Shown piece by piece: positions 1-11,405 of a DNA stretch of 35,729 nt. The notes under the pieces were generated by a model, which was not told where the DNA came from, did not search any database, and worked only from the letters and a program-made list of their open reading frames with translations. The translations under genes and the position numbers were made by a program. Each line of letters opens with the position of its first letter. Within the stretch, counting starts at the first letter, position 1. This DNA is from Dirinaria sp. TL-2023a (lineage: Eukaryota), in the NCBI GenBank assembly GCA_051941275.1, contig JAVEBF010000067.1, positions 1 through 35,729 on the forward strand. The letters are read 5' to 3'.

Positions 1-2292
1 GCCCCACCACCTCCTCCACCGAAGCAGCAAGATGCTCTAGCTGCATTGCAAAGGGGGGGAGATCTGGAAAGACGAGCCTCAAGAAGGTATTCTGCGTATC
101 AAATCTCTAAGCATCTTGGTGCTTCGCCCAATGGTGTTCCAATGCTTCCTCCTGCGCAAAACTCACCAGTACCAAACCGCGGTAGGGACGTTCGCGAGTC
201 TATGAACGCGGTACGGGTCAGAGGATCCGGTATTCAGACCCGACAAAAGTCCATCAATCAGCTTAGGGAACCGTCACCGGCCAAAGCTTACACATCTAGC
301 AACAGGATTTCGGAAGAGAGCAGTCAGAGCACGGATAGCTCTAGCGCTCAAGCTCCAGCTGAGGTTGGTGCAGATGATAGTCCAATGGCCAAAACCCCGG
401 ATGACATGTTAAGGAAGACCGATGTGCGTCTTGATAGCGACTATCCGAAGCTCGTCGCAACCTTAACAGGTCCCCCAGTAGACGAAGTTGACGGTATACC
501 GAGATATGTGTCACCTACAGCCGAAGGCGCTGTACCTGGCAAAGGCTTAGGAAGAGAGGCTCTCCATCACGAAACCGGATTAGGTAGCATGTATGAGGGT
601 CGTCAAGCTGCATCATCAAGTCCGGCTCAATCGCAGCAATTTGTGCCTGAACAAAGCCCACAACCCGGCAAGGAGCTTACTCTGTTCTTGCAGTATAAAT
701 CGAAGATTAAAAAATTTCTTTTGCTTGAAGGCTCGACAGATTTGTCCATCGCTCGACTGCAGCTTGCTTTTATCGAAAAATTTGCCTGGAATACACATAG
801 CAACGGAAACGACTTGCCCGAAATCTACATACAAGACCCGGTGTCTGGAGTCCGCCATGAGCTAGAAGACCTTAGCGATGTCAAAGATCGCTCCGTCCTT
901 GTGCTGAACGTTGAAGTTCTAGACGAAGTAAAACGTCACTTCGATGAAGGCCTAGGAGGTATTAGAAGAGTCGTAGAAGGTCTACGAACCGCCGTAGAGG
1001 GACAGCAGAGTGTAATGCAGCAGCTTTCAGAGCAGCAACAGAGTAGCACAAAGGAGGTGGCCCGTCTTGCTGCTGCACCAAGCAAGATTTCTGGTCGCAT
1101 CACCTCTTTCGAGAAACCTAAGGTTAATGGCGTGTCACGCCCATCGAGTTCTTTAAGAGGATCATCCACTCAGTTATCCAGGATCCGCTCTTTACGACAA
1201 GACCTTGCCGTAACTAGGCAAACTTTCTCTTCGATGGTTTCAGATGTCAATGCTTCCATAGCCACCGTACATACTAAAGCAGCTGCGATTAAAACAATGG
1301 CCATTGATGGAGTAGTCCCCTCATTAGATAGCTCTACTGGACGCTCCTACGTCAATGCTGGCAAGAAGTCCTTAGGTGAAGATTCGGAAAAGATCGTAAA
1401 CCGGGTCGATGATCTCCAAGATATCGTCGAGGATCTCCGTAAGGACGTCGTGACGCGAGGTGTGCGACCTTTACCTCGCCAGCTTGAAACAGTCAGCAAG
1501 AATATCAGTGTGGCTACGTCCGAACTCAAGAAAATGCAGGAATTCCTGAAGCGCGAGAAGCCCATCTGGACGAAGATCTGGGAGCAAGAGTTACAATTGG
1601 TATGCACGGATCGAGATCTTTTGACGATGCAAGAAGAATTGGCGGCAGACCTCGAGGATGACCTGGAAAAAGCTACCCAGACTTTTGCACTTGTCGAGCA
1701 AGCAACGAAGCAGCAGAACATCCACTCCAATCAAGGTGGTGGGGTTAATTTGCGTGCCGCTTCAAGAGGTCTTAACGCCATCGCGACTGATCAGGAAATT
1801 GACCCTCAAAAGGCCAAGGATGGTGTTCTGGGCGAAGTCAGGGCTTTGCGGCCGAATCACGAGACACGATTAGAAGCCATCGAACGAGCTGAGAAGGCAA
1901 GGCAAAGAGAGCTCGAGTCGCGGCGGGAGGGCGAATTTACGAAAGAGCTTGGCACATTTGTCGAGGAAGGAAGGCTGAAGAAGAGTGGTGGCGTTGAGGA
2001 AGCTGAGCGGCTTCGCAAGGCGAAGGATGAGAAGAACCGTCGAGAGGCGTGGGAGAAGCAGCAAGAAAAATTGACTCAAGATGCTGAGCCGGAAAATGCA
2101 ATTGCGGCAGAAAGGAATGAAAATGCGAGCTTAACCAGTGGAGCAGACTCCGACTACAATAGCAAGGCAGATGGAAATACAGCGTCAGAAGCGGATGCTG
2201 TCACAGCAGATTCCAGCGAGGTCGAATCCACTGAAGCGAGCAAGGCTGTCGACGAGCCTGACGAGGAAGAAGGTAAGGCCACCTACTTGTGA
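1..2292 (+). CDS. BUD6: Actin-interacting protein Bud6/Aip3 (polarisome component), 5'-truncated at window edge
   Basis: Frame is open from base 1 (APPPPPPKQQDALAALQRGGDLERRASRRYS). AIP3-family motifs LFLQYKSKIKKF, LQLAFIEKFAWN, PEIYIQDPVSGVRHELEDL, VDDLQDIVEDLRKDVVTRGVRP, EKPIWTKIWEQEL, KLKKSGG-like RLKKSGGVEEAER. Stop TGA at 2290-2292. Confidence 0.93.
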   Translation, partial: APPPPPPKQQDALAALQRGGDLERRASRRYSAYQISKHLGASPNGVPMLPPAQNSPVPNRGRDVRESMNAVRVRGSGIQTRQKSINQLREPSPAKAYTSSNRISEESSQSTDSSSAQAPAEVGADDSPMAKTPDDMLRKTDVRLDSDYPKLVATLTGPPVDEVDGIPRYVSPTAEGAVPGKGLGREALHHETGLGSMYEGRQAASSSPAQSQQFVPEQSPQPGKELTLFLQYKSKIKKFLLLEGSTDLSIARLQLAFIEKFAWNTHSNGNDLPEIYIQDPVSGVRHELEDLSDVKDRSVLVLNVEVLDEVKRHFDEGLGGIRRVVEGLRTAVEGQQSVMQQLSEQQQSSTKEVARLAAAPSKISGRITSFEKPKVNGVSRPSSSLRGSSTQLSRIRSLRQDLAVTRQTFSSMVSDVNASIATVHTKAAAIKTMAIDGVVPSLDSSTGRSYVNAGKKSLGEDSEKIVNRVDDLQDIVEDLRKDVVTRGVRPLPRQLETVSKNISVATSELKKMQEFLKREKPIWTKIWEQELQLVCTDRDLLTMQEELAADLEDDLEKATQTFALVEQATKQQNIHSNQGGGVNLRAASRGLNAIATDQEIDPQKAKDGVLGEVRALRPNHETRLEAIERAEKARQRELESRREGEFTKELGTFVEEGRLKKSGGVEEAERLRKAKDEKNRREAWEKQQEKLTQDAEPENAIAAERNENASLTSGADSDYNSKADGNTASEADAVTADSSEVESTEASKAVDEPDEEEGKATYL

Positions 2293-3213
2293 TCGCTACC
2301 CTAAGCTGCTTGCTAATATACTCTAGTCTCGCCTCGGAGTCGCAAGTCCTGGCTGCCATCTATCTTCTCGGCCTAGTCCCCCATGTTTGGAGTTGCTACC
2401 GATCTAATCCTTCCTTTCTCGCTGACCTGCCCCTTTTAGCTTGGGTTCCTTTAGCGATGGCGTAAGGTGTAAATAAGAAAAAGCAAAACAGCGTCCTAGT
2501 AGTCTCTATCTAGGATTTGAGTACTATCTTGGTCATGTATGGAGCTCGAGCAACACGAGGTTTCCTCTACTCCTCATATATCACGACTTAATTTATTTTT
2601 ACGAGGCCACTTAGATATTCATCTTCTAGCGAATTAAGCGATAATTTTCAGATAAAGCCTTCTACTGCATCACCTGATTTGTATTTTGCTTGTGTCGTAA
2701 CATTGAAAGCTTATTGCGTACATATATTTCCACAGCCGTCGTAGCAGAGTACTCTGGCTTGTCTTGCAGGACGGAGTATGCTCTTGGAGATAGGCGTAGA
2801 AGCGTAGTCTAAGGTACCTTAGGGGCGACGCCGTTACCTAAGTTATTATTCAGCGATAGCTTAGCACACCCACTCAGTCTTGCCGATGATGCCCGAGGCC
2901 AAGCGAAGTCTCCCAGCCTGCGCTTTTCGTTTGCTAGACCAGCCATCCATTAGACGGAAAACCTGTATTAACCACGATTTATGATCTGATGTTAACGGCT
3001 CTTCCATGGCGAAGCTACTGTTTCCTTGGTACCAATTCCTCCCTTCCCTTCTCAATCCCCTCCTCCATCAATCCTTTAGTTGGGCACAAATAGACTTCAC
3101 TGCCTTGCTCACTTCGTCAATCATGGTTCACTAAACTTTGAACTCCTATTCTCTTTGCCCACGTCCTGTTGAGGTCTTTGCAGACGTGCAACAGAGAACA
3201 AGAACAGCCACCG

Positions 3214-4741
3214 ATGCTTACGCGGAGCTTGTTGATTGTCGTGCCTGTCTCGTTGCTTTGCAATGCAGCCGGTTGGCAGGCACATGCTAACTCTGTCGAC
3301 CCTCGCTCATGGGCGAACTTCTTGTCTCCTGTCACGGGCCGTAGTCCACGCTCCGAACAGCTTATCAAGAACGGTGTGGATATATCGAAAAGAACGAACC
3401 AGGGGAAAGCTACAAGGATTCGGAAGATGAGCAGCAACGAGAGTGAAATGTTTTTACCCCATTTTTGGACCTTCGAACGAGTGTATGACGATGTGGGAGA
3501 AAGAAAGGATATGGTTAAACGAGATCCAACAGCATTCCTGGACGCCCTGAAATCTCCTGTCCATTCGCCAGAAGACTGGTCTAATGCATCAGTGCTTTAT
3601 CCCCTGCAAGCACCATTCGCTCTCCATGGGGAACAGCAGACCCGTAAAGACCTAACATTCGGTAGATTTTCTCGCAGTCTTTTCCGTCGCGATAGTGGCT
3701 TCAGGTGTCCCCAAAACTCTTCAGACTGTAGTTCCATTGGCCGCCCAAACAGCTGTTGCTCGAATGGACTCGTCTGCCAGATCATTCAAGATAATGGCCA
3801 GGGAGATGTTGGCTGCTGTGCTAAAGGTGAAACATGCAATGGAGCGGTGCAATGTGCGCCAGGGTACTCGGGCTGTCCAGGTGCCTCTGGAGGCGGCTGT
3901 TGTCTGCCTGGTTTCCAATGCTATGGTATTGGCTGTGAGTCAAGGCTGCTCTGAGCTTTAGGCGCTTGATGAACTTCTTGCTGATAATTCCACAGGTGCC
4001 AAAGGCTCTACAACTACCGTTGTCATTGATCCTACTGTCACCGCTTTGCCCACCACCACCAGCACCAGCAAGTTCAGTACCACGTCAATTATACCAACTC
4101 GCTCAACCACCCCCACAGTCGTGCCTGCACCTGTACCTACAACGACCAGCACAACTTCCTCTCCTACCATTACCTTCACGTCTCCATCAACTGTACTTTC
4201 CCCTTCCTTGCGGACGAGTCCAGCTAGCTCCAGTGATACCCTTAATGCCCCAGTACGTCCGACGTCTCTGGCTACTACAACAGTTACAAATTCCAATCTG
4301 GACACATGCCCTACAGGTTTCTATCCATGCTCTGCCTATTACCATGCAGGTTGCTGCCGCTATGGGCGTGATTGTTCGTTATCAGACTGCCCAGCTACAG
4401 CTTCGACAACAGTGGTGAATACGAACAGTGTCACTGTTATCGCCCCAACGGGGAACGGTATTGGCGCTGCAACTGTAGGCTCGGGCTCTGGAAGCTGTGC
4501 CACGGGATGGAGTAGCTGCGCAGCAAATCTTGGCGGAGGCTGCTGTCCGAGTGGATATGCATGTGGCGCTGGACAGTCCTGTATGGCAACCCAGACCGCA
4601 GAGACGCCAAGCAATGTCCCAAAGGAAACTCCAAGCAGTAGTGGTGGTATGAGGCTCGCAAACCTACATTACTCGCTAGTTCTGTCAGTCATTTGTACCA
4701 TTCTCACTTTTTTTCTATTGACAACATTGGGCCGGGCATAG
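3214..4741 (+). CDS. Secreted Cys-rich, Ser/Thr-rich protein, probably GPI-anchored or with a C-terminal membrane anchor
   Basis: ATG 3214 gives signal peptide MLTRSLLIVVPVSLLCNA. Intron 3935-3995 (GTGAGT...CACAG) joins the two ORFs in frame (IGC|AKGSTT). Repeated CC-containing modules (GGGCCLPGFQC, GCCRYGRDC, GGGCCPSGYAC), S/T-rich linker, hydrophobic C-terminus after SSSGG. Confidence 0.8.
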
Positions 4742-5190
4742 CGGGATGGCGTTCTGAAAACACCCAGATAGATACCCCGTTTAGATTTGTGGATTTATGC
4801 GCATTTGGGTAGCGTGGGATGTATTTCGACTGAAATTACAGAATGTAGAAGTAGCGAAAACATGATCAATGTGCTTCTGTCACTTACAATCGCCATTACC
4901 GTTCTTGTTTTTCGGTCCTTAGAAGTTGTTTTTGGAGAATATATATACTCCAAAAGTAATGTAGCGATCTTAGTAAGTAGGCAACCTCACCTACGCATGG
5001 CCCTGTCTTGCAAGCAGAACAACGGGCAAACTCATAATTCTACTTATAGGCCCCTTTTTTCTCGTTTCGTTTTTTGGGGAGTTATCGGAGATTCCCGCAA
5101 AAAGATGTGTTGCTATCTGCATAGAAGAATCCCGCGCTTTGCTTGGGATACAATTAATTTGGCCTCGTGTATCAGAGACACTTGTGCACA

Positions 5191-5208
5191 AGAGAGAGAG
5201 AGAGAGAG
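5191..5208. repeat. (AG)9 microsatellite
   Basis: agagagagagagagagag in the intergenic region between two convergent genes. Confidence 0.9.
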
Positions 5209-5395
5209 GCAGAAAAATTGATCATATTTCCTTTCGTGTTGCTGGCCCCGATGTGTGTGGAGAGAGGGAGGCTTACGCTTATCATACAAAGAAAAAAAAA
5301 AGTAATTATGTTTGGTTCGTCGCTGAAACTTTCGGGATTTTCGCAGAAGAAGAGCGTCACTATCTGTGTGCTTCGCATCGCATAGCGTTTGGTTG

Positions 5396-5431
5396 AAAAA
5401 AAAAAAAAAAGAAAAAAAAGAAAAAGAAAAA
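5396..5431. repeat. A-rich low-complexity tract (U-rich in the 3' UTR of the minus-strand gene)
   Basis: A15 followed by GA-interrupted A runs. Confidence 0.85.
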
Positions 5432-5484
5432 ACGCTCAAGGTCTTGCGCCCGGCCCCCCTTTTCCTCCTCCACACTCCCCCTTC

Positions 5485-8329
5485 TCACTTCTTCACTCGA
5501 CGCAACAACTTCTTTACCCCTTCCTTCCCGTCTTTTAACACCTGTGTTGAGCGTCAGCAATACCACATCTCTCTACCAGCGACATAGCGAGCGCACTTAC
5601 CTTGGTCATACTGAATTTGCGGTTCAAAAACCGCTCCTTCTTGTCCCTATCCTGCGAAGCGAAGCGAACGTTGCCCGGGCGGGGAACGTTCGAGCCGGGA
5701 GCTCCCGTGGGCGCATAGACCCCCGAGGGCGGAGCGGCGGAGCGGCGCGGAGACGCTGTGCGGATATTGGGAAGAAGGGCATAGGTATGCCTCCCCGGCA
5801 CGGTCACCGGATCGAGGAAAGGGTCGGTGGGGTTGAACGGGTTCCACCAGCCGTCTGCCTCCCAGTCGACATTGTAGCTATCTCCGCCATGGGGAACGGG
5901 TCGGTCGCGCGGGATAGGAGGAGGCGGAGGTGCCAAGGGAGGACGAGGAGTCGTGATGCTGCTCTTTCGTTCCGGCCAGCCCTGGCCGAAATCGATGCGG
6001 GAGATGGCTTCCTCGGCACTGCTGCCAGCGGCGGGTGTCGCTACCGGACGGATATCGGAGGCGCGTTTGCGCGACTCGGAGGCCTGCGAGCTGTTGTCTG
6101 ATTTGGAGGAGTTGGACGGCGGGACGATAATGCGAGTGTACGAGTACATCGGGCTCTGGCTCGATCCGGAGGAAGGATTGCGCTCGCTGGGATTGACATG
6201 CGTGGAGGTGTGGTCGGATTTGAAGGAAGGAGAGCGCTCGTTGAAAGGGCGTGGGGACATGTACGCGGCTGCGAGCTGAAATGGGTTTGCTACGAAAGGG
6301 TCGTAGATGACCGGGGAGGAAGCACCCAAGGTAGGGGATGAGGCTCTCGGTCGGAGCGGCGTAAGCTCAGTCTCGGAAGGCTGGGCGTGGAAGTCGGGGG
6401 AGCTGACGAAGCTGGATAGACGCTCGTTCATCTCGTAAGTGGGCGCGAGCTCTGGGCCATGGTAGCCGCTGTATGAGCCACCGGACCTGGTGGCATGATG
6501 GTTTTTGCGAGGGCGGCTCGGAGCGGTCGACGTGGTGTGCATTCTGCCAGCAGTATCCTCGTACTCAAGCAAGCCTTCGGCGGTCTGCTGGCGTAGATGG
6601 GCATTGCTCTTGTCGGCAATCGCCTCCCTCTTACCTTGCAGATACGCCGCTCTGGGAAGCCGTGGATGCCTTGGTTTGGTGTCGTCCATTTGTCTCTTGG
6701 TAACATCGTCGGCAGCGCATTTCTCATCCGAATGTGCAGCTTGATGTGACAACCCCGGCGCATCTTCGTCGCTGAGGATTACCGAGTCAGACGGATGGAA
6801 GTACGGCGTAGACCTCAAGGCTGGGTGGATATCGTCCTCATTGGCATGGGCATGTTTCGAAAGCGGTGCAGGACGAAGATGATCCAAAGAGCAGGATTTG
6901 AGAAGGGCATGTGCTGGACGAGTGGCATCTGGACTTGTGGCATCCGGCTTTTTGGCCCTTGAGGCTTTATCCAAGCGAGCAATTTTCTCATGCACCCATA
7001 CACTCGAGCTGTAGCGTGAGTTAGGGTGGATTGCGGAGACCGAATTGCTCTTCTGATTATGCGCTGAACTCGTCCTAGCTGTTGGAGGTACTGGTACTTG
7101 AGCTACAGCTGGGATATCGGCAGGATGCTGCTCAGTCGTAACGTCTTTGGAATCGTTTTCAGCAGATAGAGTACGAGTACCGATCAATTGACCCAGAGGT
7201 GGGGTCGTTCGCGTCGTAGGGTGCAAAAGGCGTTCACCCTCTGGTACTGGCTTTCGCCTTACGGGCAGGCTGATCACTAACGGTGATGGCTTACTCTCAG
7301 AAGCTGAGATACTTGACGTGTCCTCAGATGGATCCCTGGGGGTTATAGGGGTTTGGTGGTGGTGAACCGTTTCTGCCGCAGGAAGAGTAATCCCAAGTCC
7401 ATGTGTAGGACTGACGTGAGGAGCAACAGGAAAATCGTAGTCGAAAGCCAAGTCACGCCCAGGTGTCTGCTCGTTGAAAATGGCGCTTGCACCATCTTTC
7501 CCGATGTCCGAACCAGTATTGGTAATGAATGGATTACTTTGAGAAGCAGGTTCTGTACGAGATGTAGCGGAGAGAGAAGCATCGCGGGTTTCGTGCTCAT
7601 TACCGTTAGCCCGGTAGCTCGGTTGCTCTGCCGGCTTGTTCGGGGCAAGGTGTCGACGACGTCCGAGGATTTTCACAGGTCCGATACTTCCTTGAGACGC
7701 AACTGAGAGATTTGTGCTAAGACCGCCGTCTTGAGAAGTAGCAAAAGCGCTCCTGCTATGCGCGCTTCCTGGTGAAAAGGGACCGGATCTCCCACCAAGC
7801 AATTCATCGGCCTTCTCAAATAGGCTGGTGGTAGATTTTGCAGGTGTAGACGCTTCAGGGTCTGCTGGAGAGAAAGGACTCGTGCCATACTGCTGAACAA
7901 ACATAAGCTAAAGTAGAGAAATATTTTGTACTATACTTTCTTACCTCAAGATCAAAAGAAATCTGGCGTAGATGCTCTGACCCATGCTGCACAACAAAAG
8001 GAGTAGTAGGCGCAGTCGGGGTCATGGAGGAGTCGCCAGATGCTCGGTGTTGCTGTCATCAATAAGCTAAGACCCACAAGTAGCCTATAACTCAGTTTAC
8101 TTACCTTGTCAGGAGTGACGTTGAGGCTCATATGCTGCATCTCATCCTGATCATTAGGTGTTTGACCCTGCTCCTTGTCGAGGATAAGCCTTGATTCTAG
8201 TATCGTGCTTTTCATCTATTTCCTTACCTGGGAGGAGGTAGTGGGGAGAAATGAGCTTTCTTCACCCGAGGCTGTGGGCTCACCAGCCTCTGCACTTGCA
8301 GGACTGGATTGTGGATGCATGGCTTCCAT
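5485..8329 (-). CDS. Hypothetical intrinsically disordered Ser/Pro-rich protein (about 870 aa)
   Basis: 789-aa ORF extended by hand. Exons 8228-8329, 8105-8167, 7945-8052, 5601-7892 and 5485-5541; introns start GTAAGG/GTAAGT/GTAAGA/GTAAGT and end CAG, all phase 0. Ends ...RKFSMTK|VLKDGKEGVKKLLRRVKK*. No recognisable folded domain. Confidence 0.7.
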
Positions 8330-8891
8330 GATGCTGCCAAATAAGCTGACTTGCCCAGAGTTGTGTGTTTCTCAGTCTATAGTTTAGAGCCTTGTAGCTG
8401 ATGCAAAGACTGAGATAAAATCATGCAGAGCAGTGACAGCATGTGAGGAAGAAGTAAGTGGCAAGGAAGGAAAGATAACAAAGGATCACAAAATGAAATG
8501 AAGAAGGTGGTAAACGGAGCTAGCGAGGATATACCTCGTAAAGTCTACAAGATGAATGGCTTCATTACTGGCCAGACCCTCCTTGAGTGAATTATGAGGA
8601 TAGATGCAGGCTTTCAACACATGCATGTGACATTCCATTGAAAGGTGTGAGATCCATCATATGACCATTGATACTAAGGGATGCAAGTTATGTGTAGTCT
8701 GCAGGTTGAATGGTCCGGACAGAAAGATTGTGCAATCGGTGGCCTAACGACACAATACGAAATACGGAACCAAAGAGGCTAATGCAAAGATGAATTGACT
8801 TACTCATCTTTGCTGGCTGAGCAACTGATATGGACCTGGGAGAACCGATGTTTGCCAGAGCTTCTTAGAGAAATTGCAGCAATTCTGAAGC

Positions 8892-11159
8892 TCAGACAAA
8901 ATCAAAGGTATCACCAAGCTTCTCCTTCATTAGAGAGGGTACTCTCTTGGTCCCAACTATTCTCTCAAGCTTAAGCATGTCCAATCTAGAGAACAAGCTG
9001 CGGACGCCTGCTTCACTAGCAGTTACTTTACCCTCAGCAAGGCTTGCGCCTAGATACCCAGCCACAATCTCTCGATAGAAGATTGGATTTTCCGGAAGCC
9101 CGTACATAATGACCTTATTAACTCCTCGGAGGCGGTAGCGTCTGAAATGGTGGGCTCGTTCTGTATAAAGAAGTACAGAGTGTCGACCAGAGAAGAAATG
9201 ACTCCGAGCTCGTGCAACTTCCTGAACCGATGTATACTCAGATATCGCTCCAAAGGAAATGTTCTGAGTTGTAGGAGATGTGGAAAGGTGGTTTCGCACC
9301 CTCACAAAGTCAGCATACGAGGGAAGATATACCAGTACGCCTTGTTTGCCGCCAGTATGGCGGTTCGATTGCTTGAGCAACAAAGGTACCAATCCAGTGG
9401 TGAAATAGTTGAACCTTTCATCAGGCTCAGTCACCGGAGTGACAAATCCAAAGCGTGAGAACGTCTGCTTAAGTGGGCAGCCTAGATCAAGCATGGCGCC
9501 CTCGCAAGGCTTCTTGTATTTGACCTTTCCTGCGATGTTGAGCATTTGGCGAAGGTATAGCCAATTGAGAGCAGGGAAGTTGAAAGCAGAGAAGAGCACA
9601 GTCTGCCTCACAAATTTGGCATGACCGTTAAGATACCAGCTTTTCACACGGCTGAAGTCGCAGCCATGAGCTTCTTTTGGCTGTAAATTAAGATGCTCGA
9701 ACACATACTCGACGTGCTCCCAATTCTGCATTGAGAGAGAATCCGCTTGGTCGATGATCAAGATTTCTATAGAGCTCAAGAAGTCATGATCTTTCTTCTT
9801 GCTACCGGCCTCTCCAATAGCCATACGGAGCCCTAACGGGCTGGCGAAAATTATGTCGGAACTGTAGAATTGAGAGAAGTACTTAATTGTTTTCCGGGTG
9901 AATTTCATCCCAAGTCTGAACAGATCATCATCATTACCACTGAAGAGCTCTCTGAAGTCTTCTGGTTTATCTTCCGAGAGTTCTTCGGCGGCGTGTGCAT
10001 ACAAATCTAAGAAACGTTTTTTGTTCTCTTGCTGTTCAGGCTCGCACAGAGCGACTAGCAGCTCGACATACCTGACACATGCCTGCTTGGTAGGAAGTAC
10101 TATCAGGACCTTGGGACGAGTAAAGCCTTGGTCCCGAAGCTCGATGTCTTCTTCACTGTTCTCTTTCATGATTCGCGCATTATTCTTGATCACTTTATGA
10201 CGAGTTTTAAATATATGGTTGATTGAATGCAGGCAGATCAGCTTACGGAGATCTTCAGCGTTCGATAAAGTTCTTTCTGAAAATAAAACATCCTGATAAT
10301 CGAAGATAGACCGTGCCAGATGAGAGCATGCATCAGTTAGAAAGGGCAGCAATTTCGCAGCGGGCGCCCTAAGTCTTTGCTTCAGCTGCACCCCATCAGC
10401 ACTTCCTTCTAATCACCAGAGGACAAGACTGACAGGGAAATCCTCAGTTCGCCCTAAAAATGCTGCACTAGCATCACTTGGATGATTATGGCTCTCAGGA
10501 ATCATCAACGAGCAAAGAAACCCAGACTGCAAATTCGACTTTAAGGTATGATACTTCCCTTGTTCGACTTCTTGAACAGCCCGCTCCAGCTGAGCTTCAT
10601 TTGGATCCGCTACATGCTCATTGAAGGGATCATATCCTGTGCTAGTTAAACGATTGCAGCGTACTGGTAAATTGCAAGTACCTTGTTGGTTACCGTCCTG
10701 GCTCTCGGTTTCTTCATCAGGTGATGACTCTCCGCTTGAGCTGCTGCCTGCATCTTCAAGGACATTTTCCGCCAACTGCTCCTCTAGGGTTTCTTTCACA
10801 GCCAAGCGGTTAAGACCCTCGCCATCTAATTTCCGCTTCTTTCGCTTCGGTGACCCGCGTTGAGTATTGTTGTTTGTATTCAACGATTGTAGAAGAACGC
10901 TATATGGATGTGCGGTGGTTCCACTTTTCTCCCCATCTTCGTTTCCACTGGATGGATCTTGCTCGTCCTTTTCTTCTACGGCTTGAATCTCAGACGCTTC
11001 AGCGTCGCTCTGGACCTGCTCCTCCACGCGGGTACTGTAGAATATTGGTTTGTTGCTATGGGTTGCAGCATATGTGCCTTTTCCTCTTCCTTCTCCTCGT
11101 ACTCTCCTCCGTCCCCGACTTGTTCCTCTAGATGGTCTTCCTCTCGAGGATGGCGCCAT
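8892..11159 (-). CDS. UTP25: U3 snoRNA-associated protein 25 (DUF1253/DEF family, SSU processome)
   Basis: Motifs [66 protein letters not shown]. Introns 10637-10681 and 10386-10433 join the 248-aa and 499-aa ORFs. Confidence 0.95.
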
Positions 11160-11237
11160 TACGCTAGTAATTAAGCTCTGTTGAGCTCTGTGATAGTTGC
11201 TTCAATTGACTAGTCGAAAGTGCGGCCGAATTCCGCA

Positions 11238-11248
11238 CTTATCTTATC
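11238..11248. promoter_or_regulatory. CTTATCTTATC (tandem GATAAG) motif in the UTP25/eIF3f bidirectional promoter
   Basis: The exact 11-mer recurs at 19789-19799 upstream of EFM6. Regulatory function is inferred, not shown. Confidence 0.4.
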
Positions 11249-11405
11249 TCGGGTTAAATTCCCTCAACCGAGGGAACGCACTTCTCTGAGAACATTATTG
11301 AAAAGAGACTACCTATCTAAAATAAGTATACCTTAGCCCACTTTACCAGAAGTGAAAAGTATCAGAATCATAATTAATTATTGCATCAGCGACCCATTTC
11401 CATCA

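Noticed and set aside
4787..5475. Several short ORFs between the convergent genes
   Set aside because: Driven by microsatellite and poly-A low complexity; the region looks like 3' UTRs.
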